Of a DNA stretch of 64,000 nt, positions 19,140-28,647 are shown piece after piece; within the stretch, counting starts at the first letter, position 1, and every line of letters begins with the position of its first letter. The DNA lies in assembly GCA_038064695.1 (NCBI GenBank), contig JBBTSO010000004.1:15792-79791 (forward strand), given 5' to 3'. Position numbers and translations under genes: made by a program. Under the pieces are notes generated by a model. It searched no databases and was not told where the DNA came from. It was given only the letters and a program-made list of their open reading frames with translations. The stretch is from Patescibacteria group bacterium (GTDB lineage Bacteria; Patescibacteriota; Minisyncoccia; Phycocordibacterales; Phycocordibacteraceae).

Positions 19140-20249
19140 ATGGCTTTTTCACTAAACTCACTTTCAAAAACAGTAGAATCATTCGTTGATTCGTTTCAAA
19201 AAAAAGACGGCGAGAGCGTCGTGGGTATTGATATTGGTACGTCATCAATAAAAATAGTGCAGCTCGCCGAAAAAAAGGGCACGGCGGTGCTAGAAACGTA
19301 TGGAGAAATTGCACTCGGCCCGTATGGCGACGCTGAAGTGGGGCAGGCAGTAAATCCGCCACCTGAAAAAGTTGCTGAAGCACTCACTGATGTTATGCGT
19401 GAGGCAAACGTCACCAGTCGCGTGGGAGGTATCGCGGTTCCGCTCTCGGCAAGTTTGATTAGTTTAATTACACTCCCCACGAAGGATGAACAAGACCTTG
19501 CGGCGATGATCCCTATTGAGGCGCGAAAATATATTCCTGTACCGGTGGGAGAGGTAACGCTGGATTGGTTTGTCATTCCCGAAGCAGAGTCAGAGTTTTT
19601 GAGTGCTGCGGGAAGAACGAAGACGCCTAACTCAACTGATGTGTTGTTAGTTGCCATTCACAACGCCACACTCACTCGTTTGGACACGATTACGAAAGCG
19701 ACCGCCATCACGCCACGTTTCTACGAAATTGAAGCGTTCAGCATGGGTCGCGCGGCGTACGAACACGACACCGCGCCTACGATGGTTATTGATCTCGGGG
19801 CTTCCAGTACCCGGGTATATGTTATTGAATTCGGCATCATAGATATTTCGCACACTATTACCAAAGGTGGGCAAGATTTAACACATGCGCTCGCGCGTTC
19901 GCAGAGTCTCACTTTTTCCGAAGCAGAAACCATTAAACGAACGAAAGGCATTTCAAATCAAGAACTTGGACAAACGAGCCTTGAATTTATTTTTTCCGAA
20001 GCGCGGCGCATTTTCCTTAACTACCAGCGCAAAGAGGGGAAGGCAATCGCCAAGGTGGTGTTTGTGGGTGGTGGGGCGCAGCTGTCGGGTATTGATACCA
20101 TTGCAAAAAATTATTTTGATGCGCCTATCGTGTTTAGTTCCGCGTTTGACCGTGTGCTTGCGCCTGCGTTTATTGCCGACGTGCTCCGAAGTGCGGGCCC
20201 CTCGTTTGCAACCGCGGTGGGCCTGGCACTTCGCGCGTTGAAGAAGTAA
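19140..20249 (+). CDS. pilM: Type IV pilus assembly protein PilM
   Basis: GIDIGTSSIK, EARKYIP, IDLGAS, VGGGA, AVGLALR. Confidence 0.93.
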   Translation: MAFSLNSLSKTVESFVDSFQKKDGESVVGIDIGTSSIKIVQLAEKKGTAVLETYGEIALGPYGDAEVGQAVNPPPEKVAEALTDVMREANVTSRVGGIAVPLSASLISLITLPTKDEQDLAAMIPIEARKYIPVPVGEVTLDWFVIPEAESEFLSAAGRTKTPNSTDVLLVAIHNATLTRLDTITKATAITPRFYEIEAFSMGRAAYEHDTAPTMVIDLGASSTRVYVIEFGIIDISHTITKGGQDLTHALARSQSLTFSEAETIKRTKGISNQELGQTSLEFIFSEARRIFLNYQRKEGKAIAKVVFVGGGAQLSGIDTIAKNYFDAPIVFSSAFDRVLAPAFIADVLRSAGPSFATAVGLALRALKK

Positions 20250-20253
20250 AGAA

Positions 20254-20363
20254 TAGTGATTAGTTGTTAGTTTCTAGTGGTTAGCCAGACAGAGTCTAAA
20301 AATATCCGGCACTTTCTAAAAATAATTGTTAACTATCCACTAGCAACTATCCACTAGCAACTA
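20254..20363. repeat. Bipartite inverted heptamer repeat
   Basis: (TAGTnnn)x4 at 20254-84 and (AACTATC/CACTAGC)x4.7 at 20331-63. Confidence 0.8.
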
Positions 20364-20387
20364 ATGGGTGATACACTTTTTATACGT

Positions 20388-21020
20388 ATGCAAGAGCGGG
20401 TCAAAACTTCATTTATTCCAAAAGCCTCACTCGCCGTGGAGCACCGAGAGAGTACCAGCAAAAATCCTATCGGGATCGTTAATATTATCGCGACTATTAT
20501 TCTGATTGCTGCCATTATTGGTGCCGTGGTGCTTTTTCTCTTTGAGCAGTTCACCATTCAAAGCATTGAACGTAAACGAGATTCTCTTGACCGTGCCCGC
20601 GCCGCATTTGAACCTGCCACTATTAAAGAGTTGTCACGTCTCAACACGCGCCTTGAAGGCGGGAGTGTTCTCTTAGGAAGTCACCTGGCGCCCTCGTACC
20701 TTTTTGACGAGATAGAAAAACTTACCCTAGACTCAGTTCGTTTCAGAGATTTCTCTTACGGGGAGGTGAGTCCGGGCCGTATCATGGTGGCAATGGCGGG
20801 TGAGGCACGGAGTTTTAATGCGCTTGCGCTCCAGTCAGACGCGTTCGGAGCCAGTGATTTTTTTACTGAACCTATTTTCACCGACCTTAACTTAGACGAC
20901 ACGGGAAACGTGGTGTTCACTTTCAACGGTGTGGTTGATACTACTCAACTCAGATTTACGCCACGAGCAGTAACGGACGTTGCTCCTTCCACCGATACAT
21001 CCAATGAAGTGGCACCATGA
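20388..21020 (+). CDS. PilN-like protein
   Basis: TSFIPK N-terminal motif, one TM, coiled coil; after pilM. Confidence 0.75.
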   Translation: MQERVKTSFIPKASLAVEHRESTSKNPIGIVNIIATIILIAAIIGAVVLFLFEQFTIQSIERKRDSLDRARAAFEPATIKELSRLNTRLEGGSVLLGSHLAPSYLFDEIEKLTLDSVRFRDFSYGEVSPGRIMVAMAGEARSFNALALQSDAFGASDFFTEPIFTDLNLDDTGNVVFTFNGVVDTTQLRFTPRAVTDVAPSTDTSNEVAP

Positions 21021-21559
21021 GAGGACTAATTCCCGTTTTGTTTGTCGTGATCGCCGGAGGAATTTTCTTCGGATTTATTGACCCTGCATACGATCGTATT
21101 CGCGAACTGCGCGCTGAAGAGTCTCAGTTTGACCAAGCGCTTACCCGCTCAAAAGAGTTGCAACAGGTGCGTGACGAACTACTCTCTCGCTACAATACTT
21201 TTTCACAAGGTGAATTAGATCGTCTCCAGAAACTGTTGCCTGACAACGTTGATAACGTGCGTTTGATTTTGGACTTTGACTCTCTCGCGTCACGCTACGG
21301 TATGCGCGTGCGAAATGTAGCACTTGAAACGAACGAGTCACGCGCGGCGCGCGGTCAAGTAGGGGCAGAGGAGTCGCGGTTTGACTCCCTCATCCTCTCA
21401 TTTTCAGTAACAGGCAACTATGACACCTTTCGCGCGTTCCTTGCTGACTTGGAGCAGAGTTTGCGTCTTGTTGATGTAAATTCAATTTCATTTTCAGCAA
21501 CACCGTCTGGAATTTATGATTACGCGGTGTCCATTAAAACGTACTGGCTAAAACCATGA
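21017..21559 (+). CDS. pilO: PilO-like protein
   Basis: TM, coiled coil, KLLP, GNY..F..FL..LE...RL. Confidence 0.8.
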   Translation: MRGLIPVLFVVIAGGIFFGFIDPAYDRIRELRAEESQFDQALTRSKELQQVRDELLSRYNTFSQGELDRLQKLLPDNVDNVRLILDFDSLASRYGMRVRNVALETNESRAARGQVGAEESRFDSLILSFSVTGNYDTFRAFLADLEQSLRLVDVNSISFSATPSGIYDYAVSIKTYWLKP

Positions 21560-21864
21560 TGAATCTCTTTAAACAATACCAACAAGTTATCACTATCGGC
21601 CTCGTCGTCATTGCGGGGTTTGTCGCGTACTCAGTCTTTTTTAAGCCAACGAACGAAAACGCGCTTACCGCACAGACAGTTGATCCTTCAAAGACAGCGG
21701 TGGAACAAGAATTGATTGCGCTCCTCATTGAACTGCGCTCTATAAAATTAGATACAGCAGTGTTTGGGGATGAACGTTTCAAAGCACTCCAAGATTTTAG
21801 TCAGCAGATTGTGCAAGAACCAATCGGTCGAGAAAATCCCTTCGCTCCTCTGGGACAAAAATAG
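21556..21864 (+). CDS. Pilus-associated protein at the PilP position
   Basis: TM, C-terminal GRENPFAP. Confidence 0.6.
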   Translation: MMNLFKQYQQVITIGLVVIAGFVAYSVFFKPTNENALTAQTVDPSKTAVEQELIALLIELRSIKLDTAVFGDERFKALQDFSQQIVQEPIGRENPFAPLGQK

Positions 21865-21867
21865 AGT

Positions 21868-23622
21868 ATGGATGTACTCACCCTTCTCAAAGATAAAGGG
21901 ATAATAGACGACCAAGCGGTCGCAGCGGTTAAAGAAGAGATTAGTCAGCGCGGGCAAACGCTTGAAGAAGCGCTCCTCGCTCGTGGCGTTTCGGCGTCAG
22001 ACATTTTAGCAGCGCGCGGTGAATACTTTGAAGTTCCCGTCCGTACCCTTGAAAGCGGAGAGACCGTCGCGTACGAAATTTTAAAATACATTCCTGAAGA
22101 ATCAGCGCGTCACTACCACTTTGTGCCGCTGGCGGTTAATGATGGCGTGTTGGAAGTGGGAACCACGGACCCTGACAATCTTGAGGCAGTTGAAGCACTC
22201 AATTTTATTACGTCTCGCACCAACATTCCGTACAAACTGTTTCTCATTTCAGAGAAAGATTTTGAAGCAGTGCTCAGTACGTATAAAGGACTCACGGGGG
22301 AAGTGGGGAAGGCACTCAACGAACTACAAACTACCATTACTGTTGACGATGTCGTTGAAGATAGTGGTGCAGAAGAATCTGAAAAAAATATTGTTGCAGA
22401 AACCCCTGGAACATTCAAAGAAGACGCGCCCGTTACGAAAATAGTAGCAACGGTGCTCCGCTATGCCGTTGATGGCGCAGCGTCTGACATACACATTGAA
22501 CCCACTCGCGGAGATGTAAAAGTACGTTTTCGTGTCGATGGATTGATGCACCAATCACTGACGCTTCCGAAAAACGTGGAGCGCGCAGTGGTTGCACGTA
22601 TCAAAGTGCTCGCTTCGCTTAAGCTAGATGAGCGAAGAAAACCGCAAGACGGCCGCTTCTCTGCCACCATTGACGACCGCCGCATTGATTTTCGTGTTTC
22701 AACATTCCCCACCTACCACGGGGAAAAAGTGGTGATGCGTATTTTGAATAGAAACGCTGAGAAATTAACCTTAGAGAGTTTAGGGCTCAGTCCGCGCCAC
22801 ATTGAAATGATACGTCGCGCCATTGCGCGTCCGTATGGCTTGATTATTATTTCAGGCCCTACGGGGTCAGGAAAATCAACAACGCTCTACAGTATGCTCC
22901 AGGAGTTAGAGCGTAGCGAGATGAACGTAGTGTCTCTTGAAGACCCAATTGAATATGACGTGGAAGGCGTATCGCAGTCTCAAGTGAGGCCGGAAATTGG
23001 GTATACCTTTGCGAGCGGACTTCGCTCTATCCTTCGCCAAGACCCCGACATTATTATGGTGGGAGAAATTCGCGACAAAGAAACCGCACAGCTTGCCATT
23101 CAGGCAGCGCTCACGGGGCACCTCGTACTCTCAACCCTTCACACCAACAATGCTATTGGCGTGGTACCTCGCTTGGTAGACATGGGCATTGATCCCTACC
23201 TCATTGCGCCGACACTCATTCTCTCCATCGCACAACGTCTTGTTCGCAAGCGTTGTCCTGACGCAGGGAAACCTATGCCCTACGAGGGGAGCGTGTCAGC
23301 ACTCGTTGGAAAAGAATTTCAAGGTCTCTCTCCGGAATTACTCAAAGAGGTGCCAAAACCAAAAGAAGTGTTTGGTATCGCTCCTTCGCCCGACTGTCCG
23401 AATGGAACGCGGGGGAGACTCGGCGTATTTGAATTTCTTCCTACTTCAAAAGAAATTGAACGGGTGATTCTAAAAAATCCCGTTGACGAAGCCATTTTTG
23501 AGGTGGCACGTGCTCAGGGTATGATGACCATGAAAGAGGATGCTATTATAAAAATGCTTAACGGCACTATTCCATTTGAAGAAATTAATACTCTTGGTTC
23601 GGATGTAGTGCTACAAGACTAA
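21868..23622 (+). CDS. pilB: Type IV pilus assembly ATPase (PilB/GspE)
   Basis: ASDIHIEP, PQDGR, GPTGSGKST, LRQDPD, GHLVLSTLHTN. Confidence 0.95.
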   Translation: MDVLTLLKDKGIIDDQAVAAVKEEISQRGQTLEEALLARGVSASDILAARGEYFEVPVRTLESGETVAYEILKYIPEESARHYHFVPLAVNDGVLEVGTTDPDNLEAVEALNFITSRTNIPYKLFLISEKDFEAVLSTYKGLTGEVGKALNELQTTITVDDVVEDSGAEESEKNIVAETPGTFKEDAPVTKIVATVLRYAVDGAASDIHIEPTRGDVKVRFRVDGLMHQSLTLPKNVERAVVARIKVLASLKLDERRKPQDGRFSATIDDRRIDFRVSTFPTYHGEKVVMRILNRNAEKLTLESLGLSPRHIEMIRRAIARPYGLIIISGPTGSGKSTTLYSMLQELERSEMNVVSLEDPIEYDVEGVSQSQVRPEIGYTFASGLRSILRQDPDIIMVGEIRDKETAQLAIQAALTGHLVLSTLHTNNAIGVVPRLVDMGIDPYLIAPTLILSIAQRLVRKRCPDAGKPMPYEGSVSALVGKEFQGLSPELLKEVPKPKEVFGIAPSPDCPNGTRGRLGVFEFLPTSKEIERVILKNPVDEAIFEVARAQGMMTMKEDAIIKMLNGTIPFEEINTLGSDVVLQD

Positions 23623-23626
23623 TACT

Positions 23627-24037
23627 ATGGGCGACGTCACTAAAAAAAGAAATTATTCCATCCTTCTTGTTGATGATGACAAGTTCCTTTTAGATATTTA
23701 TTCACTCAAATTTAAAGAGTGTGGTTCAACGGTAGAAGCAGAACCCGACTCAATAAAAGCGCTGGAACGCCTGCGCGGTGGATTTAAACCGAACGTTATT
23801 TTACTCGACGTCATTATGCCCAATATGAATGGCTTTGATTTTCTTGAAACCGTTAAAAAAGAAAATCTCGCTCCAGGTGCCACTATTATTATTCTTTCCA
23901 ACCAAGGACAAGATGAGGATTTAAAAAAGGCGACTGACCTCGGTGCCGATGGATACATTGTAAAGGCGAGTGCCATTCCTTCTGAGGTGTTAGAAAAAAC
24001 ACTCGCCTACGCGGATAAAAAACAAACAGGAAAATAA
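23627..24037 (+). CDS. Single-domain response regulator
   Basis: LLVDDD, LLDVIMP..NG, LSN, YIVK. Confidence 0.92.
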   Translation: MGDVTKKRNYSILLVDDDKFLLDIYSLKFKECGSTVEAEPDSIKALERLRGGFKPNVILLDVIMPNMNGFDFLETVKKENLAPGATIIILSNQGQDEDLKKATDLGADGYIVKASAIPSEVLEKTLAYADKKQTGK

Positions 24038-24129
24038 CTCTTTTTCCTCAGAGTGGGCGCGGTGTTCCATTGGCCACCTTATTTTACTTGTATACTAAAC
24101 CTATGATTCTTTTGTAAGATTCATCTACT

Positions 24130-25191
24130 ATGGATTATGCTACTGAACTCGCTGGTTTAATTGAAACGGTCATCACCGAAGGCGCCTCGGATTTGCACCT
24201 TACCACCAACTCGTTTCCGATCATTCGTGTGTCGGGGTCTCTCGTCCCACTCATAAAACGTCCCCAGTACACCAAAGAAGACATACTAGGATTTTTGGAT
24301 GTGCTCGCAACCCCCGAGGAAAAGCAAAGTTTTTTTGACACCCAGGAGCTCGACTTTTCATTTCAACATAAAGACCAAGCGCGATTCCGCGGAAACTCAT
24401 TTTTTGAACGAGGAAGCGTTTCCATCGCGCTGCGTATTATTCCAAGCTCAATTAAAACGTTTGAAGAACTCAGCTTGCCACCCATTTTGGATACCTTCGC
24501 GAGCTTGGAACAAGGATTTTTCCTTGTCGTCGGCCCCGTGGGGCAGGGAAAGTCAACGACACTCGCTTCAATGATTGAACGGATCAATCAAAACAGAAGC
24601 GAACACATTGTGACCATTGAAGATCCTATTGAGTATTTGTTCAAACCAGTAAAGTCTATTATTAATCAGCGCGAAGTTCGTGTGGACACAAAAAGTTTCC
24701 ACAGCGCGCTCCGCTCAGCGTTTCGTCAAGATGTTGACGTCATTATGGTGGGGGAGATGCGCGGTCCCGACACCATGAGCGCCGCGGTTACTGCCGCAGA
24801 AACAGGGCACCTCGTGCTTTCAACGCTCCACACCAACAACGCTGCGCAAACCATTGACCGCATCATTGACTCATTCCCTGCGGGGCAGCAGGACCAAATT
24901 CGCCTGCAGCTCGCTTCAAGTTTGGCGGGTATCTTTTCACAACGATTACTCCCCCGTATTTCTGGTGGCTTGATACCGGCGTATGAACTTCTGATTAATA
25001 ATGAAGCGGTAGCAAACTTAATTCGCGAGCGACGCACGCACGAAATTAACGCCGTCATTGAAACGGGCATGGAAAATGGCATGATTGACATGAACCGCTC
25101 TCTCGCCGAATTGGTGCGAAGAGGCGAGATTACTCCCGAAGTAGGACTTTCGCGTTCTCTCAACCCTAAAGCCTTCTCACGACTCATTTAA
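24130..25191 (+). CDS. pilT: Pilus retraction ATPase PilT
   Basis: ASDLH, GQGKSTT, RQDVDVIMVGEMR, AETGHLV, AVANLIRE. Confidence 0.95.
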   Translation: MDYATELAGLIETVITEGASDLHLTTNSFPIIRVSGSLVPLIKRPQYTKEDILGFLDVLATPEEKQSFFDTQELDFSFQHKDQARFRGNSFFERGSVSIALRIIPSSIKTFEELSLPPILDTFASLEQGFFLVVGPVGQGKSTTLASMIERINQNRSEHIVTIEDPIEYLFKPVKSIINQREVRVDTKSFHSALRSAFRQDVDVIMVGEMRGPDTMSAAVTAAETGHLVLSTLHTNNAAQTIDRIIDSFPAGQQDQIRLQLASSLAGIFSQRLLPRISGGLIPAYELLINNEAVANLIRERRTHEINAVIETGMENGMIDMNRSLAELVRRGEITPEVGLSRSLNPKAFSRLI

Positions 25192-25197
25192 TTTTTC

Positions 25198-26400
25198 ATG
25201 TTGTTTAATTACGAAGCACTCGATCAGGCAGGAACAAAACAAACGGGAACCATTGATGCGGTTTCTCGGGACGTGGCGATTCAGTCACTGCAGCGCAGGG
25301 GCCTCTCAGTGTCTTCGGTGATAGAGTCTGCGCCACAAGGTGGAACTTTTAACATCGCGCTTTTTGAAACAGTTTCAAACAGCGATATTGTATTGTTGAG
25401 TCGACAAATTGCAACACTTTTTGAAGCGCAGGTATCAGCGCTTCGTATCTTCCGCTTGCTTGCTTCAGAAGCGGATAAACCGCTTTTGCAGCGCGTCCTC
25501 ACTGAAGTTGCTGATGACCTACAGGCAGGAAGTCCCATTTCAAAATCTCTTTCCAAACACCCAAAAGTGTTCAGTTCTTTCTACGTCAACATGGTGAGAA
25601 GCGGAGAAGAGTCAGGAAAACTTGACGAGACATTCCTGTACCTCGCTGATTACCTTGACCGTACGTATGAAATTGTTTCTAAGGCGCGCAACGCGCTCAT
25701 TTACCCCGCATTCGTGATTTCTACGTTCGTGGTGGTGATGATTTTGATGATGACGATGGTTATTCCGCGCATCTCGCAAATTTTGATTGACTCAGGTCAA
25801 GAAATTCCGGTGTACACGCAGATCGTTATTGCTATGTCTAATTTCTTTGTGGACTACGGGGTGTTTTTATTGATCTTGGCAGTCATTGGCGGATACTTTT
25901 TGGTGCGTTACGCATTGACTGAGGGAGGGAAGGGACAGTTTGACCGTCTGCAACTTCAAATTCCTTACGTAGGAACGCTATATCGAAAACTATATCTTTC
26001 GCGTATTGCCGATAACCTTTCAACGATGTTGGGGAGCGGAATTTCAGTCGTGCAAGCAACTGAAATCACGGCGAGCGTTGTGGGCAACGCGCTCTTTGCT
26101 GATATTCTCACCGAAACTTCAAATGCTATTAAGGGGGGAGGATCTATTTCAGAATCACTCAGTAAGTATGATGAAATTCCTGGCATCATGACCGCGATGA
26201 TAAAAGTGGGGGAAGAAACAGGGGAGTTAGGCAAAATTTTGAAAACACTCGCGCGCTTTTACCAACGTGAAGTGACCAACGCCGTCGACACCCTCGTTGA
26301 CCTCATTGAGCCGTTTATGATTGTGGTTCTTGGCTTAGGCGTTGGTATCTTGCTCGCCTCAGTCCTCATTCCGATATACAACATCTCTTCGGCTATTTAA
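25198..26400 (+). CDS. pilC: Type II secretion F / PilC platform protein
   Basis: GEESGKL, ALIYP, GEETGEL, LIEP. Confidence 0.95.
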   Translation: MLFNYEALDQAGTKQTGTIDAVSRDVAIQSLQRRGLSVSSVIESAPQGGTFNIALFETVSNSDIVLLSRQIATLFEAQVSALRIFRLLASEADKPLLQRVLTEVADDLQAGSPISKSLSKHPKVFSSFYVNMVRSGEESGKLDETFLYLADYLDRTYEIVSKARNALIYPAFVISTFVVVMILMMTMVIPRISQILIDSGQEIPVYTQIVIAMSNFFVDYGVFLLILAVIGGYFLVRYALTEGGKGQFDRLQLQIPYVGTLYRKLYLSRIADNLSTMLGSGISVVQATEITASVVGNALFADILTETSNAIKGGGSISESLSKYDEIPGIMTAMIKVGEETGELGKILKTLARFYQREVTNAVDTLVDLIEPFMIVVLGLGVGILLASVLIPIYNISSAI

Positions 26401-26430
26401 TCCTCTCTCACTTTAGCGAAGTGTCTCTTA

Positions 26431-26520
26431 CTACCGAGCGAGAGAAGATCATAAAAACACCATAGGTGTTTTTATGATTGAACGAGCGCTGGAAGCAAGA
26501 AATTGTGTAGCAATTTCTTA
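26431..26520 (+). mobile_element. 90-nt structured element upstream of the major pilin
   Basis: TCTTA|CTACC-GAGCGAG-hairpin-CGAGCG-GGAAG-CAAGAAATTG TGTAG CAATTTCTTA|; TCTTA at both junctions. Confidence 0.65.
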
Positions 26521-26618
26521 TCCACACATCCCCCCTCCCAGGGACCGCGAGCTCGTTACAATGGTGGAGACCCTGTATACAAGAAGGTCTTAATATTAAA
26601 TTGTTTCGTTTACTCATT

Positions 26619-27068
26619 ATGTTCAAAAATACAAAGCGAGGCTTCACTTTAATTGAACTCCTCGTAGTGATTGCAATCATTGGTATTCTTTCGTCAGTAG
26701 TCTTGGCATCATTAAATGATGCACGTCAGAAGTCGCGTGACGCAAAACGCGTTGCAGATGTTCGCCAGCTTCAGCTTGCGATGGAGTTGTTCTTCGATGC
26801 GAACTCATCGTATCCAACAACCACCTTAGGATCAGGTAACCTTGTTCCTAACTACATCGCTACTATTCCTGCTGATCCATTGGGAGGTTCATACTTCTTT
26901 GAATCTCTTTCAGCAACAGATTACAACCTCGGTGCTGACTTGGAAGCAAGCACACACCAGGCATTGAGCGCTGACGTTGATTCCGGAAACGGCGGAACAA
27001 TTGATGCAGGAGACGACGACAGTTGTACGGGTACTGCTGGACGGTACTGTTACAGCGTGAAGCCGTAA
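26619..27068 (+). CDS. Major type IV pilin
   Basis: RG|FTLIELLVVIAIIGIL, C-terminal Cys pair, own promoter and terminator. Confidence 0.92.
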   Translation: MFKNTKRGFTLIELLVVIAIIGILSSVVLASLNDARQKSRDAKRVADVRQLQLAMELFFDANSSYPTTTLGSGNLVPNYIATIPADPLGGSYFFESLSATDYNLGADLEASTHQALSADVDSGNGGTIDAGDDDSCTGTAGRYCYSVKP

Positions 27069-27084
27069 GTTCTCTCGTTTTAAC

Positions 27085-27112
27085 AAAAAACCCAGCCTAC
27101 GCTGGGTTTTTC
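27085..27112 (+). terminator. Intrinsic terminator after major pilin
   Basis: AAAAAACCCAGC-CTAC-GCTGGGTTTTTT. Confidence 0.85.
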
Positions 27113-27184
27113 TGTTTTAGGAAAACAACTGCTCTAAAGACAAAGCGTGAAAGGGAGTGTCAGTAGTGTACGATATAGACATAC

Positions 27185-28048
27185 ATGGAGTTTTTTTTGT
27201 TAGGAATTTTTTTTCTCGGAAGTATTGTGGGGAGTTTTTTAAACGTGGTGGTGTTTCGTTTTGGTTTTCAAGAAGCACCTCGTAGTCGTTCTGCGTGCCA
27301 GGCGTGTGGACACACGTTGCAGTGGTTTGAATTATTTCCAATCGCGTCGTTTATTTTTTTGAGAGGAAAATGTAGGGCGTGTGGAAGCGCGTTATCTCCA
27401 CAATATCCGCTCATGGAACTTTCACTCGGCATACTTTTTGTTTTGACAATGCTTGCCGTTCCTTTCCCGCTCACTTTAGTAGGGATATTGTTTTTTGCCT
27501 CCGCACTCGTTTTTTGGGCAGTGTTTTTGGCAATTACTGTGTATGATCTAAAACATACACTCGTGCCTTCTGTGCTGGCGTGGTGGTTAATTGGCTCGGC
27601 TGTAGCAATGCGCGGACTTGACGCGCTTTTGTTCAGCGATCCGGCGCTGTTTGTTGATGGAGTAATAGGAGGCGTATTAAGTGCATTTTTTATTGGAATA
27701 GTGGTGTTGGTTACTCGCGGTAGGGGAATGGGTGCAGGTGATATCTATATTGCCGGGGCGATCGGGATACTCTTTGGCTTAAGTCGTGGCTTTGAAGTAT
27801 TACTCATTGCATTTTGGATAGGTGCACTTGTTGGAATTGCACTCATTGGTGGCGGATACCTTTATAGAACGTATAGGTTACCCCCGTTTTTAAGAAGCAA
27901 AAATCTCCAAAGAGGGAAAGGAGGATTTAGAATGAAGTCTGAAGTGCCGTTCGTTCCTTTTCTTTTTTTGGCAACGTGCATAGGGATGTTCACGCACTTC
28001 TCTCCACTCGCACTTATCGCAACGTATACGGGCATTCTATGGCCATAA
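27185..28048 (+). CDS. pilD: Prepilin peptidase
   Basis: GSFLNV, two CxxC, D..H, GMGAGD, VPFVPFL. Confidence 0.95.
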   Translation: MEFFLLGIFFLGSIVGSFLNVVVFRFGFQEAPRSRSACQACGHTLQWFELFPIASFIFLRGKCRACGSALSPQYPLMELSLGILFVLTMLAVPFPLTLVGILFFASALVFWAVFLAITVYDLKHTLVPSVLAWWLIGSAVAMRGLDALLFSDPALFVDGVIGGVLSAFFIGIVVLVTRGRGMGAGDIYIAGAIGILFGLSRGFEVLLIAFWIGALVGIALIGGGYLYRTYRLPPFLRSKNLQRGKGGFRMKSEVPFVPFLFLATCIGMFTHFSPLALIATYTGILWP

Positions 28049-28647
28049 AAACTCATCATTTATCACGCATTACTCATTGCAGCGTAAAAGTATTTTGTGC
28101 TTTCTCACTGGTTGAGTTGTTGGTGGTGCTCAGTATTTTAACGATGGTTTCAAGCGTAGTGCTCGCCAACCACTCACGTTTTAACGGAACCGTTCTTTTA
28201 GGCTCGCTCGCGTATGACATTGCGCTTTCGGTGCGTCAGGCACAAGTATATGGTTTATCAGTTCGCCAATACTCCGATGATTTCCACGTGGGATACGGGG
28301 TTCATTTTTCGGATGCGAGTTCCTATATTTTTTTTGTTGATAGAAACATAAATCAGCAGTACGACGAAGGAGAGGATTCCATCGTGCAAACCTATACCGT
28401 TGGGCGTGGGCACATCATTCAGTCGTTCTGCGGAGTCACTGCCAACGGCACTGAACGCTGTTCAGATTCAGAGACTCCCATAACGCACCTCGATGTTGTT
28501 TTTTTGCGCCCCGACCCCGATGCGGTAATGAGCTCTAACGAACCTGGCATGCTCTCGCAAGGTATTATTACCGTAGCGGCGCCTTCGGGAGACACGCGTT
28601 CCATCGTAGTTGCCTCAACGGGACAAATTTCAGTACAGAATCCATGA
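28039..28647 (+). CDS. Minor pilin (FimT/FimU-like)
   Basis: A|FSLVELLVV motif; leader contains degenerate heptamers ACTCATC/ATTTATC/ACGCATT/ACTCATT. Confidence 0.85.
   Translation: MAIKTHHLSRITHCSVKVFCAFSLVELLVVLSILTMVSSVVLANHSRFNGTVLLGSLAYDIALSVRQAQVYGLSVRQYSDDFHVGYGVHFSDASSYIFFVDRNINQQYDEGEDSIVQTYTVGRGHIIQSFCGVTANGTERCSDSETPITHLDVVFLRPDPDAVMSSNEPGMLSQGIITVAAPSGDTRSIVVASTGQISVQNP

Noticed and set aside
27876-27930. Palindromic in-frame insert near the pilD C-terminus
   Set aside because: Pairing is weak and the AGCGAG/CGAGYG core is absent; it cannot be distinguished from a variable loop.
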